DNA from: an uncultured Acetobacteraceae bacterium
GTDB taxonomy: Bacteria; Pseudomonadota; Alphaproteobacteria; Acetobacterales; Acetobacteraceae
Direction of reading: 5' to 3'
Length of the DNA stretch: 64,000 bases
NCBI GenBank assembly: GCA_903895595.1
Contig: CAITUP010000098.1
Coordinates: forward strand, 1,933 to 65,932
Shown: in pieces, positions 38,281 through 49,000 of the stretch
Layout of the letters: every line of letters starts with the position of its first letter
How positions within the stretch are numbered: the stretch's first letter is position 1
The notes under the pieces: generated by a model
The model's input: the letters and a program-made list of their open reading frames with translations, nothing else
The model's database searches: none
What the model was told of the DNA's origin: nothing
Position numbers and translations under genes: made by a program

Positions 38281-39471
38281 TTATTTTCGCTCCTTGGCGC
38301 GCCCGCTGCCGAGCGCCAACAGTACCGCGCCCAACGCGGCAAACACAGCGGCCGTCGTGTATCCCAGTCCGTATCCACCGCCGGCAGTGACGGACGCGGC
38401 GAACGCCGGTGGCATCAGCATGCCGCCGGAGAACATCAGGGCGGTGCCGAGCCCGCTGGCCTCGGTGCCGCGGCTGCCGCCGAGATGGGCGTATTCGGCA
38501 TAGGCCACGCCGGTATAGCCGCCAGCGGTGCAGCCGGCGATCAAGGCAACCGCCGCGACACCCCATGTCGGCCAGACCGGTCCGAACTGCCCGGTCAGCA
38601 GCGCCGCCGCCGCCATGCCGGCGCCATGCACCGCCAGCGTGGCGGCCGGGGTCAGATACCGGTCGGCGATCCAGCCCCAGATCGGGCGGCTGACGGACCC
38701 GGCGATTTGATACAGCGCCAGAATACGCCCGGCCGTGATCAGATCCAGATGCACGACGCCGGTCAGATGCACCGTCATGAAGCTGACGAAACACAGTTGA
38801 ATGCCGGAGTAGATGAACGCCCCCACCGACAACCGCCGTATCCTTGGGTCGGCCAGCAGGCGGAACGGGCGCACCAGCGTCTCGGTCAGCTTGTAGCGGA
38901 TAGGGTCGAGCCCCGAGTCCCAGGATTTACGCGGGATTTCCATCAGCAGGATCAGTGCCGCCACCGGCACGGTTTCCGACAGCAACGCGCCGCGCCAGCC
39001 CAGCAGCCCGACCAGCGGCGGCAGGATCAACGCGGCGAGGACCCCGCCCAGCGGCACCCCGATCTGGCGCAGCGACATGATGGTGTTGAACACGGCGGGC
39101 GGAGTCTTGGGGGCGAGCAGATGGGTACTGGCCGGGGCGGCGGCGCCGTAGGCCAGGCCGAGCACCACGCCGGACACCCACAACGCCAGCACGCCATGCG
39201 CGGTGCCGGCGATGATCTGCATGCCCAGAGCCGCCAGGAGGACCATTTGCGTCGCCCGAACGCCTCCGTGCCGGCGGATCAGCGCCGGCGACAACAGGGC
39301 CGAGATTATGCCGACGCCGTACGCCGTCGCCACGAACCCGCCGACCAGCGCACCGTTCACGTTCAGGTCCCGCGCGACCTCGGGCGCCAGGGCCGGCAGG
39401 GAATAGAGCGACATGGTCGCCAGGGTCTGCACCGCCAGCGTCGCCAGCAGCGGCCAGACCGGCATGCGCAT
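38281..39471 (-). CDS. MFS transporter
   Basis: 12 hydrophobic segments; SLRQIGVPLGG, WGWIADR; the ORF-track extension to 40326 is spurious (alternative GTG 39483). Confidence 0.82.
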   Translation of the reverse strand: MRMPVWPLLATLAVQTLATMSLYSLPALAPEVARDLNVNGALVGGFVATAYGVGIISALLSPALIRRHGGVRATQMVLLAALGMQIIAGTAHGVLALWVSGVVLGLAYGAAAPASTHLLAPKTPPAVFNTIMSLRQIGVPLGGVLAALILPPLVGLLGWRGALLSETVPVAALILLMEIPRKSWDSGLDPIRYKLTETLVRPFRLLADPRIRRLSVGAFIYSGIQLCFVSFMTVHLTGVVHLDLITAGRILALYQIAGSVSRPIWGWIADRYLTPAATLAVHGAGMAAAALLTGQFGPVWPTWGVAAVALIAGCTAGGYTGVAYAEYAHLGGSRGTEASGLGTALMFSGGMLMPPAFAASVTAGGGYGLGYTTAAVFAALGAVLLALGSGRAKERK

Positions 39472-39479
39472 CGGAACAG

Positions 39480-40268
39480 TCACAGGCTGGACAGGAAGCT
39501 GTCCAACAGCGCGTTGGTCCGAACGGGTTCGTCGAGCTGAGGAAAGTGGCCGGTATCCTCCACGATCTCCGCCCGCACGCCGGGGACGGCGCCGCGCAGC
39601 ATGTCCAGATATGGGCTGGTCTGGCCTTGGCGCATCGAGGTGCGTTCCCGCTTTTCGTTGCTGTAGGTCGTCTGGATCGCCATCACGGGCACGCGCAGGC
39701 ATCCGAGCGAGGCTGTGAACCGGTGGGCATCGTAACGCTGCAAATCCGTCAGCATCTTCTCCCCCACCTCCCGCGGCAGCCTTAGCGCTCGGGCTATAAC
39801 CGAGGCGGCGACGGCGGGGTCGCTCTTGGCGGTGAACATGTCCTTGAACAGGCCCTGCGCCATGGTGGCGAAGCCGTTTGGCTGGGCGAAGGCCACGCGC
39901 AACGCTGCCCCCATGGCGGCGGCGAACTGGCTGCCATCGACCAGCACCACGGCCTTCACCCGGTCCGGGACCTGCAACGCGGCTTCCGTGACGACGCGGC
40001 AGCCCAGACTGTGCCCGACGATCACGGCGGGGGGCAGATCGAGGGCGCGAATCACCTCGGCCACGTCGGCGCCGTAGCGCTCGATGGAGCAATCCGCCGC
40101 GGGGCCGGGAGAGGCGCCATGGCCTCGCAGATCGACGGCGACCGTCATGTGTCGCGGCGACAGATGCGCGACCTGCGCGTCCCAGTCGGTATGGCCGCAG
40201 GCGAAGCCGTGCACGAACACGATGGGGGGCTGGGCGTTGCCGGCGACGACGTGATGGATCAGGGGCAT
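39480..40268 (-). CDS. alpha/beta hydrolase
   Basis: VFVHGFAC, VDLRGHGAS, GHSLG nucleophile elbow, TGHFPQLD. Confidence 0.92.
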   Translation of the reverse strand: MPLIHHVVAGNAQPPIVFVHGFACGHTDWDAQVAHLSPRHMTVAVDLRGHGASPGPAADCSIERYGADVAEVIRALDLPPAVIVGHSLGCRVVTEAALQVPDRVKAVVLVDGSQFAAAMGAALRVAFAQPNGFATMAQGLFKDMFTAKSDPAVAASVIARALRLPREVGEKMLTDLQRYDAHRFTASLGCLRVPVMAIQTTYSNEKRERTSMRQGQTSPYLDMLRGAVPGVRAEIVEDTGHFPQLDEPVRTNALLDSFLSSL

Positions 40269-40554
40269 GAAACGGGCCTGTACGGTTGCTGGCCGAAAGG
40301 TTCGGGGCGTTCGGCGTCCGCGTCAATAAAGGCGGGGCAGGGGGCCGAGGCGGACAGGAGAACGAAAAACACGAACAGCGCGTACGCTTGTCTGCCGCGC
40401 TAACGAATTATGCACATTTGCAGGGTGGGACCCGATGGCCGGCGGAACGGGTCCGCCGGCCTTTGGTCTGGAGGTAACCGAGATGCTTCTACATCTCATT
40501 TCCCTGCTGCCTATCGCGGACATCTTCGACATCGAAGCCAAGATCCGCCTCACG

Positions 40555-40602
40555 AAAAAGCGGTGGGGTGGGGCCGGTTCGTTCGCGAGCCGGCCCCACC
40601 CC
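40555..40602 (-). terminator. Rho-independent terminator of livK-like gene
   Basis: 13-bp stem GGGGTGGGGCCGG/CCGGCCCCACCCC followed on the minus strand by ACCGCTTTTT. Confidence 0.7.
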
Positions 40603-40611
40603 AGCCATGGC

Positions 40612-41709
40612 CTACATTTGCGCGTAGGCGCCGTTCTTCCAGATATACAGCACGTAGCCGGCGCCTTTCGGATCGCCTTTCTTGTCGAAGCTCATCGGAC
40701 CGAGCACCGACGGCCAGTTGCCACTGGCTTTCAGCGCGGCGGCGACTTTCTTGGGGTCGGCACTGCCGATCTTCTTGGCGGCATCGGCCCAGATCTGCAC
40801 GGCGGCGTAGGTGTAGAGAACATAGCCCTCGGGATCGATATTCTTGGCCTTGAAGCTCTTTACCACATCCGCCGCGGCCTTGTTCAGGCGCGGATCGGGG
40901 GAGAAGGTCATCAGCGTGCCGGTGCCGGATTCTCCCGCGATCTGCCAGAACTCATTCGTTACCAGCGCGTCGCCGCCGACCAAGGTCGCTTTCATGCCCT
41001 GTTCCTTGGCCTGACGGATGATCAGCCCGGCTTCGGTGTGATAGCCGCCGACATAGATCACCGATACGCCAGCCTGCTTCAGGCGGCTGACGAGCGCGGA
41101 GTAATCTTTCTCCTTCGGCGTGTACGCGGTGAACAGCGCTTCCTTGCCACCGGCGGCGTGCAGAGACTTCAACGTCTCGTCCGCCAGGCCTTTGCCGTAG
41201 GTGGTGTTGTCGTGCAGGATCGCGATCTTCTCTTTCTTGAAGTTTTTGGCCAGGTACTGGCCGGCGACCGCCCCTTGTTCATCGTCCCGCCCGCAGACGC
41301 GGAACGTGTTCCAGCCGCCCTTGTCTGTATAAACCGGGTTGGTGGATGCGGGAGAAATCTGCAGAATCCCTTCCTCCCCATACACTTTCGACGCCGGGAT
41401 GGAGCTGCCGGAGCAGTAATGGCCGGCGACGAGCGCGACCTTCTTGGCGGCCATCTGGTTGGCCACGGACACGGCCTGTTTCGGGTCGCAGGCGTCGTCG
41501 CCCACTTCCAGGATCAGCGTCTTGCCCAGCAGTCCGCCGGCCTTGTTGATGTCGGCCACGGCCTGTTCGGCGCCGACCTTCATCTGTTGCCCGAAGGAGG
41601 CGTATTCCCCCGTCATCGGCCCCACGGCGGCAATGCGAATTTGCGCCAGCGCGGGCGCGGCGGCGACGGTCAGCAGGGCGGCGGCACTCAGTAACGTGCG
41701 TCTCAGCAT
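40612..41709 (-). CDS. branched-chain amino acid ABC transporter substrate-binding protein (LivK/LivJ-like)
   Basis: signal peptide; GPMTG, DDACDPKQAVSVAN, GHYCSGSSIPAS, ISPASTNP, RVCGRDD.QG, HDNTTYGKGLA. Confidence 0.93.
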   Translation of the reverse strand: MLRRTLLSAAALLTVAAAPALAQIRIAAVGPMTGEYASFGQQMKVGAEQAVADINKAGGLLGKTLILEVGDDACDPKQAVSVANQMAAKKVALVAGHYCSGSSIPASKVYGEEGILQISPASTNPVYTDKGGWNTFRVCGRDDEQGAVAGQYLAKNFKKEKIAILHDNTTYGKGLADETLKSLHAAGGKEALFTAYTPKEKDYSALVSRLKQAGVSVIYVGGYHTEAGLIIRQAKEQGMKATLVGGDALVTNEFWQIAGESGTGTLMTFSPDPRLNKAAADVVKSFKAKNIDPEGYVLYTYAAVQIWADAAKKIGSADPKKVAAALKASGNWPSVLGPMSFDKKGDPKGAGYVLYIWKNGAYAQM

Positions 41710-41818
41710 GGTGGTTCTCCCGATGGCAGCAGAGTCGATTTCGACGCCGCGAACCTAGCGCCGAACCGCGAAACGCGCCAGAAACCCGTTTAACGACCAC
41801 CCTATTGGAGTTTCCGAC

Positions 41819-42982
41819 GTGAAGGCTTCCCTGTTCTACCTCCCCGGCAACGCCAGCCGCGCCGAGATCGAGGCCGGTATGGCCGGCACCAAGCCGGAGC
41901 TTTACCAGCGCATGCTGCGGGAACTTTCCGAACAGATCAGGCTGGCCGACGACCTCGGCTACGATTCCGTCAGCTTCACCGAACACCATTTCCATATCGA
42001 GGGGTTCGAGGTTTCCAATAACCCCGTGCTGCTCGATCTGTATTTCGCGATGCAGACCAAGCGCATTCGCGTGGGCCAGCTGGGCATCGTGCTGCCGGCG
42101 GCAAATCCGCTGCGGGTGGCCGAGGATATCGCGATGCTCGATCACATGACAGGCGGGCGGGCGAACGCCGGGTTCGCGCGCGGGTATCAGCGCCGCTGGG
42201 TGGACGTCATGGCGCAGCAGACGCACGGGGTCAGCGGCGCGCTGCCGCACCAGCACGACGCGATCGATGCGACAAACCGAGCGGCGTTCGAGGAAAACTG
42301 GCAGATCATCAAGAAGGCCTGGACGCAGGAGATGATCACCCATGACGGGCAGTTTTGGAAAATCCCGGCCGGCGAGACCCCTTGGACTCTGCCGACCACG
42401 GAAAAATGGGGCAAGGGCGTCGAAAACGGGATTTTGAAGTCCGTCGGCGTGGTGCCGAAGCCGCTGCAAAAACCGCATCCCCCGGTGTTCCTGCCGTTCG
42501 CGTCCTCGGAATCGTCGATTCGCTGGGCGGCGCAGGAAGGTGTGACCGCGATCCTGCCGGCGATGCTGCCGGAATACGAAGTGCCGCTGTACGACCTCTA
42601 TGCCCAGGTTTCCGGCAAGCCGCGCACGCACGGGACGGCGCTGCTGCGCGACGTGATCATCGCCGACACCGATGAGGAAGCTTTGGCGCTGTGGGCCGAC
42701 TCTGGCCAGTTCACGGGGCGCGCGTGGTTCGAGCCGTTCGGCTTCCGCCGCGGCATGATGGATACGAAATCGGGCCAGTACCTGACACCCGAGCAGGCGG
42801 TGAAGGAAGGCTACGTCCTGGCGGGCACCGTGGACACCGTGATCCGCGGGCTGGAGGCGAACATGCGGCGCCAGAACGTCGAATGGGTGTTCTGCTACAC
42901 CTACAGCAGCCTGATTCCGCACGCGAAGCTGATGAATTCCATCGAGAAGTTCTGGACCCAGGTCATGCCGAAATTCGCGTAG
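41819..42982 (+). CDS. luciferase-like (LLM class) flavin-dependent oxidoreductase
   Basis: GYDSVSFTEHHF, NPLRVAEDIAMLDHMTGGR.NAGFARGY, PLQKPHPP. Confidence 0.9.
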   Translation: MKASLFYLPGNASRAEIEAGMAGTKPELYQRMLRELSEQIRLADDLGYDSVSFTEHHFHIEGFEVSNNPVLLDLYFAMQTKRIRVGQLGIVLPAANPLRVAEDIAMLDHMTGGRANAGFARGYQRRWVDVMAQQTHGVSGALPHQHDAIDATNRAAFEENWQIIKKAWTQEMITHDGQFWKIPAGETPWTLPTTEKWGKGVENGILKSVGVVPKPLQKPHPPVFLPFASSESSIRWAAQEGVTAILPAMLPEYEVPLYDLYAQVSGKPRTHGTALLRDVIIADTDEEALALWADSGQFTGRAWFEPFGFRRGMMDTKSGQYLTPEQAVKEGYVLAGTVDTVIRGLEANMRRQNVEWVFCYTYSSLIPHAKLMNSIEKFWTQVMPKFA

Positions 42983-42994
42983 GAGCGTCGCACC

Positions 42995-43297
42995 ATGTCA
43001 GCCAAAAGGCCCGCTTATGTCATCGCCGAGGTCGAGGTCACCGACCCCGCGGTGTTCCAGGAATACGTCGCGCAGGCGATCCCGACCCTGCAACAATACA
43101 ACGCCCGCATCGTCGTCCGCGCAAAGCCCGACACCAAGGAAGGTGCTCGGGCCGTCGGCGACATCGTGATCGCGGTGTTCGAGAGCATGGAGGATGCGCA
43201 GAGCTGGTACCACGCGGCGGAATACACCGCCGCCATTTCGGTGCGCCAGCGGGCCGCGAAGACGCGGTTGATGATCGTGGAGGGGGAGCCGGTTTAG
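42995..43297 (+). CDS. DUF1330-like small protein
   Basis: AYVIAEVEVTDP..F.EY.......L..Y.AR.VV...VIAVFESMEDA.SWY...EY..A...R......RL.IVEG. Confidence 0.85.
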   Translation: MSAKRPAYVIAEVEVTDPAVFQEYVAQAIPTLQQYNARIVVRAKPDTKEGARAVGDIVIAVFESMEDAQSWYHAAEYTAAISVRQRAAKTRLMIVEGEPV

Positions 43298-43333
43298 GGG
43301 CTACGCCGCGCGCATCATCGGTGTGGTTCCGGA

Positions 43334-43702
43334 CTACTCAGCCGCCGCGAGCGGCAAGTCCAATTCCACACGGTCATGCGAGACAACCGGCCGAATCCGC
43401 CCACGTTCACCCCGTTCCAAGCGGATCAACCCATACCCGGCCATGGTCTTCAACGTCCGGGAGAGGTTCGACTTGGCCTTGCCGGTGATCCGCGCCAGTT
43501 CGTCGAGCGACCCCGGCGCCTGTTCGGCGATGGTGCGCAGCAGCGCGCGGTTGCCCGCCGACAGAACTTTGGCGAAGGACTCCGTGGACGTGAACCAGAC
43601 CTTCGGCTCATCCGGCCCGACCTGCAGCTCCCCCCGCGCGATGGCCATGGTGCGGGTTTTCATGTCCTCATAGCTGGCGACGCCGACTTTCAGGGTGGTC
43701 AT
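43334..43702 (-). CDS. winged-HTH putative antitoxin/regulator (HVO_A0114-like)
   Basis: WFTSTESFAKVLS..NR.LL..I.EQ.PGSL.ELA..TG...SNLSRTLKTM..YGL; ATGA overlap with upstream gene. Confidence 0.78.
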   Translation of the reverse strand: MTTLKVGVASYEDMKTRTMAIARGELQVGPDEPKVWFTSTESFAKVLSAGNRALLRTIAEQAPGSLDELARITGKAKSNLSRTLKTMAGYGLIRLERGERGRIRPVVSHDRVELDLPLAAAE

Positions 43703-44055
43703 GGAATGATGCCTCTCTCTCGCAACAGGGCGTCGACGGTTGCCCAAAAATCGCCGAGCAACGTGGCGGCGTCCTGGTAGTCGTATGCTTTCACGGTCCG
43801 CAACCGATGGCGGTGGTCTTGCGGTTCGCCCCGCTTCTGGCGCGCCACCGGGTGGGCGTTGTCGAAGCCGGCCAATCGCTCTCCATCCGGGCCATGGAGG
43901 GTTAACGAATAGTCCAGGCCGTGCGGTTTATCCGGCGTGACCGGCACCCGCGTCACCACGAATCGAACCCAGTGACGACCGGCCGGATCGACGACGAGTG
44001 CCTGTCCGTCGAGGTCCAGTAAGGTGTCTAGGGTTGGGTCGCGGGTTTGCGGCAT
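43699..44055 (-). CDS. DUF6516/TumE-like putative toxin
   Basis: PHGLDYSLTLHGPDGERL.GFDNAH...DHRH motif recognised from memory; coupled to downstream HTH gene. Confidence 0.68.
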   Translation of the reverse strand: MPQTRDPTLDTLLDLDGQALVVDPAGRHWVRFVVTRVPVTPDKPHGLDYSLTLHGPDGERLAGFDNAHPVARQKRGEPQDHRHRLRTVKAYDYQDAATLLGDFWATVDALLRERGIIP

Positions 44056-44062
44056 GCGTAGT

Positions 44063-44091
44063 ATGTTATCATAATGAGATAACTATGGCAA
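44063..44091 (-). promoter_or_regulatory. sigma70 promoter with overlapping palindromic operator; leaderless start
   Basis: minus strand TTGCCA-N17-TAACAT, 7 nt before ATG 44055; GTTATC-N7-GATAAC inverted repeat at 44065-44083. Confidence 0.62.
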
Positions 44092-44214
44092 CCGTGATCG
44101 GGTGATCGATCGTGGAAGCGGAACGGGGGGTATCCGGGGCTGCTGGCTAGACCTGCCAGGATAGCTAACCCGGCATGCTGCTTTTTTGGCAGCGACCGGG
44201 CTGGTGGCAAGTCC

Positions 44215-44342
44215 GCGAGATTCACCACTGAACCACTGAACCACGGAACAGACCGAGCAACCTGGCACGCCTGAGGCCCAACGCCCCGGCTTCTCCGAAG
44301 TTCCGTGGTTCAGTGGTTCAGTGGTTCAGTGGTGAATCTTGC
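44215..44342. repeat. inverted repeat built from tandem 8-mers (CACTGAAC x2 versus GTTCAGTG x3)
   Basis: TTCACCACTGAACCACTGAACCACGGAAC (44221-44249) mirrors GTTCCGTGGTTCAGTGGTTCAGTGGTTCAGTGGTGAA (44300-44336). Confidence 0.82.
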
Positions 44343-44493
44343 GATCGTTCCACGGGCGCACACGGCCACAACCCGCAAACCGAATCGTACCTCCATCCTC
44401 CGCTTGGACAACAGCCTGCCTTTGCCGCTAATGACTTGGCCGATGCGCGGCCGATTCCCGGCGGATCGGCCTTTATCCGAGAATGAGAACCGC

Positions 44494-46035
44494 ATGCCCA
44501 TTTTGAGTTGGTTGACACGGGACGACGACATCCGCGCCGCTCGGCAGGTGCCGTACCGGCTGCTGGATTCGGTGCCCGAACTCTCGGCGGGCGATCCGGC
44601 CTCGGGGAATATGCTGATCCAGGGGGATAATCTGGATGCGCTGAAGGCGTTGCTGCCATTTTACGCGGGGCGGGTGAAGTGCATTTACATCGATCCGCCT
44701 TACAATACGCGGTCGGCGTTCGAGCATTACGACGATAATTTGGAACATACGCAGTGGCTGTCGATGATGTGGCCTCGGTTGGAGTTGCTGCGGGAGTTGT
44801 TGGCGGAGGATGGTTCGATTTGGGTTTCCATCGACGACAATGAGGGGCATTATTTAAAGGTGGTGACGGATGAGGTTTTTGGGCGTCGGAATTTCATAAC
44901 GAATATCGTATGACAAAAATCATATACGTCGAATCAAACAGCGAAATTCATATCCGATACCCATGACCATGTATTTTTGTACGCAAAAGATCAAGACCTA
45001 TTCCGTCTTGGGAAGATTGATCGAACTGAAGACCAAAAGAATTCGTTTAAAAACCCTGATAGCGATATTCGGGGAGATTGGAAGGCGGCAAATCTTTCTG
45101 CTGGGAAATACTATGAGGCCGGTCAGTTTCCTATTACCGGCCCTACCGGAAAGGTTTTCTATCCGCCGAAAAATAGATATTGGCGATGCAATGAGGACAC
45201 GTTCAACCTTTGGCTGGAAGACCGTCGAATTACATTTGGGCGGGACGGTACCGGGCGTCCAATGCTCAAAAAATATCTTCATGAGATGAAGTCTGGGCTG
45301 ACGCCAAACACCTGGTGGTCATATAACGAGGTTGGTGGCAATAAGCAGGCGAGCTCGGATCTGAAGGCGCTATTTCCGGATCAGGAGGTCTTCGGTACGC
45401 CGAAACCGGTAAGTCTAATCGAACGGTTGTTGACATTATCCACCAATCCCGGCGACCTCGCCCTCGACTCCTTCCTCGGCTCCGGCACTACCGCCGCTGT
45501 CGCGCACAAAATGAACCGCCGCTACATCGGCATCGAAATGGGCGATCACGCCGTCACCCATTGCGTCCCACGCCTGAAAAAAGTCATCGACGGCGAGCAA
45601 GGCGGCATCTCCGCCAGCGTCGGCTGGCAGGGCGGCGGCGGGTTCCGCTTCTACCGCCTCGGCCCGCCGGTCTTCGACGAAGATGGCCAGATCCGCGCCG
45701 ATATCGCCTTCCCGGTGCTCGCCGCGCATATCTGGTTCAGCGAAACCGGCACGCCCTGGACCGCGACCGACAACACCCCGTTTATCGGCTTTCACGATGG
45801 GCGGGCTTTCGTGCTGCTGTATAACGGCATCCTCGGCGACAAGCGCCCCGCCGGCGGCAATGTGCTCACCCGAGCCACCCTGGCCATCGTCCGCGCCGCC
45901 ATCGCGGCGGCCGATCCCGCATTCGCCGGCCCCGTCACCATCTACGGCGAACAATCGCGCATCGCTGCTGCCACGCTCGAAAACGACGGCCTGACCTTCA
46001 AGCAGACGCCCTACGACGTCAAAGCAAGGCGCTGA
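44494..46035 (+). pseudogene. mod: type III R-M methyltransferase (Mod) with premature in-frame TGA at 44911-44913
   Basis: IQGDNL.ALK, IYIDPPYNT, WVSIDDNE, TNIV*QK, FGTPKP..LIERLL, LDSFLGSGTT; the same frame continues through the stop to 46035. Confidence 0.88.
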
Positions 46036-46044
46036 GGAACGGTC

Positions 46045-49000
46045 ATGCAGCTCAAACAATACCAGACCGACACGCTGACCATCCTCCGCCGCTATTTGGA
46101 GGAAGCGCGCACCGCCGGACCCGCTCCGGCCTACGACCTGCTGACCGCCGAACCCGAGCAGGAAAAGCGCTTGGGCCGCTACCGGTCGGCGTACAAGGCG
46201 CTGGAGGCGTTGCCGGACACGCCCTATGTCTGCCTGCGCCTGCCGACCGGCGGCGGAAAGACCATCCTCGCGGCACACGCCATCGGTATCGCCCGCGATG
46301 CCTGGATGGAGAAAGACCACCCGCTGGTCCTGTGGCTGGTGCCGTCCAACACCATCCGCCAGCAAACCGCCGAGGCGTTGAAGAACCCGCGCCATCCCTA
46401 TCGCCAGGTGCTGGACGAGCTGTTCGGCGGCCGCGTGCGGGTGTTCGATATTACCGACTTCACCGATATCCGCCCGCACGACATCGCCGACAGCGTGTGC
46501 GTGGTCGTCGGCACCATCCAAACCCTGCGCGTCAACAATACGGAAGGCCGCAAGGTCTACGCCCACAACGAAAACCTGGAGACCCATTTCAGCCGCGTCC
46601 CGCCCAACATGCCGGGGCTGGAACTGCGCGACAACGGCGCGCCGCGGTTCTCTTTCGCCAATCTGCTCCACGTCCATCGCCCGCTGATGATCGTCGATGA
46701 GGCGCACAATGCCGTGACGGGCCTGACGCGGGAGATGCAGACCCGCGTCAATCCCTGCGCGATCGTCGAATTCACCGCGACGCCGCGCATGGACTCCAAC
46801 ATTCTGCACAGCGTCTCGGCGCGGGAACTCAAAGCCGCCGAGATGATCAAGCTGCCGATCGTCCTCGCGGAACACGACTCCTGGCAAACCGCGGTGAACG
46901 GCGCGATCGCCAGCCGGGCGGCCTTGGCGGACGCAGCGAAGGGGGAGAGGGACTACATCCGCCCCATCGTCCTGTTCCAGGCGCAAAACCGCGACCAGGA
47001 GATCACCGTCGAAGTGCTGAAAAAGCATCTGACGGACGTGGAACACATCCCGGAGGACCGGATCGCCATCGCCACCGGCGACCAACGGCAACTGGACGGG
47101 TTGGATTTGTTCGATCCTGCCTGCCGGATCGAATACGTCATCACCATCGCGGCCTTGAAGGAAGGTTGGGATTGCTCCTTCGCCTACGTCTTTTGCTCCG
47201 TCGCCCGCATCCAAAGCGCCACCGACGTGGAACAGCTGCTCGGGCGCGTCCTGCGCATGCCCTACGCGCGGCGACGGACGGCGGAGGCTTTGAACCGCGC
47301 CTACGCCCATGTGTCGGAACCGTCGTTCGGCGCGGCGGCCGCGGCACTGACCGACAAGTTGATCGCGATGGGCTTCGATGAGGACGATGCGCGGGATGCG
47401 ATCGAACCGGCGCAGACCAGTCTGGACGACACGGGATTGTTCGCGCCGCGGCCGGTACCGCTTCCGGTGTTCCGCCATGTCGTGACCGTCAGCTCGGCGG
47501 AGGCGGCAGCCATCGCAACCGCCGTCGCCGCCGAAGGTGTCGCTGTCACACCGCGACCGGATGGCACGGTCGAGATCGCGGTCACCGGTCGGGTGCGGCC
47601 CGAGGTGGAGGAAGCCATCTCCGCCGCGATTCCGGAGCCGGTGCGCCGGCATTTCGCCGAGGCGGTCCGGACGTATCGTGTGGCAATCCAGGACCAGTTG
47701 TCGCCAGCCGAGCAAGGAGAGGAATTCAAGGTTCCCCGCCTGATGGCGGAAATTCAGGGCAATTTGGAATTCGCGGATACCGACCTGTTTTTCGACGAAT
47801 TCCACGACTGGACGCTGGCGTCCTATCCGGCGCGGTTCGATGCCCCCGAATTCACGGCCGACGAAACCGCCCGCAACTGGGAAATCGACCTGAACGGCAG
47901 CCGTATTTCCTATCATTTCGCCAATGAGGACGCTCAATTGGCCCTGGATGTGGATGTCGAGGGTTGGACGCCGCAAAATCTGGTCATCTGGATGGCGCGG
48001 CAATTGCGGCATCACACGATTCATCCGTCCGACCTTCATGCGTGGCTCACGAACTGTATCGCCTATCTGATCGCGGCCCGGAAAATACCGATTGCCGCGT
48101 TGATGCGCATGAAGTTCATCCTGATCCGCAAGCTGCAATCGCGCATCGATGCCGCGCGTTTGGTGGAACGGAATGCTGCGTTCCAGCGGTATCTGTTCGC
48201 GCCCGAAGCGCGGGTGTCGGTTTCGTTCGAGACCGCGTTCGAATTCAAAGATGGGATGTACCGTGATGTAAAAAAACAACCTCCCGGCCGTTGGAAGCCT
48301 CAAAAGCATTTTCTGGGACCGAATCAGGTCCCGGCGTTCGACGGCGCGGAAGGCGGCGAAGAATTTCAGTGCGCCCAGGCGATCGACAGCCTGCCCCAGG
48401 TGCAATTCTGGATCAGGAATGTATCAAGGCATCCGGCCTCGTTCTGGCTCCCCACGGCCACCGACAAATTCTACCCCGATTTCGTGGCGCGGCTGACCGA
48501 CGGGAGGCTATTGATCGTCGAATACAAAGGGGCGTTGCTCGCCGGGCCGGGTGTGGACGATACCAACGAGAAGCGTGCCGTCGGGCGGCTATGGGAAACC
48601 CATAGCGGCGGCCTGTTCATCGTGGTCGAGAAGCAGGTCCGCGTGCTCGGCATGCGTGCTCAGCTTTTGGAAAAACTCGGTAGCTGGCAGCCCCCTTCAA
48701 CCACCCCGCCCATACCCCAAAGCCCGCAAAGCCGCCGCCGGCTCCCGCGCCAAAATCGTCATCAACGACCGAGCGCTCGGGTCCATCAAGGTCCGCCCTT
48801 GTTCCCAGTTCTGCAGCGTCGCCACCGGAATATGGATCGCGTCCGCGAACCGCCGCTGCGACATGCCCAACCGCTTGCGAATAACAGCCGGGGAGATGAT
48901 ATCGCCCTCATCGATGTCCTCATCGGGGTCGTAGCCGTCCTCCCGCATATGCCGCGCGATATCGGCCTCGGTCGTCGCGTCGATCCGAACAAGATCGACG

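Noticed and set aside
45436-48405. 989-aa minus-strand ORF
   Set aside because: Antisense shadow of mod/res caused by high-GC codon bias; no recognisable motifs
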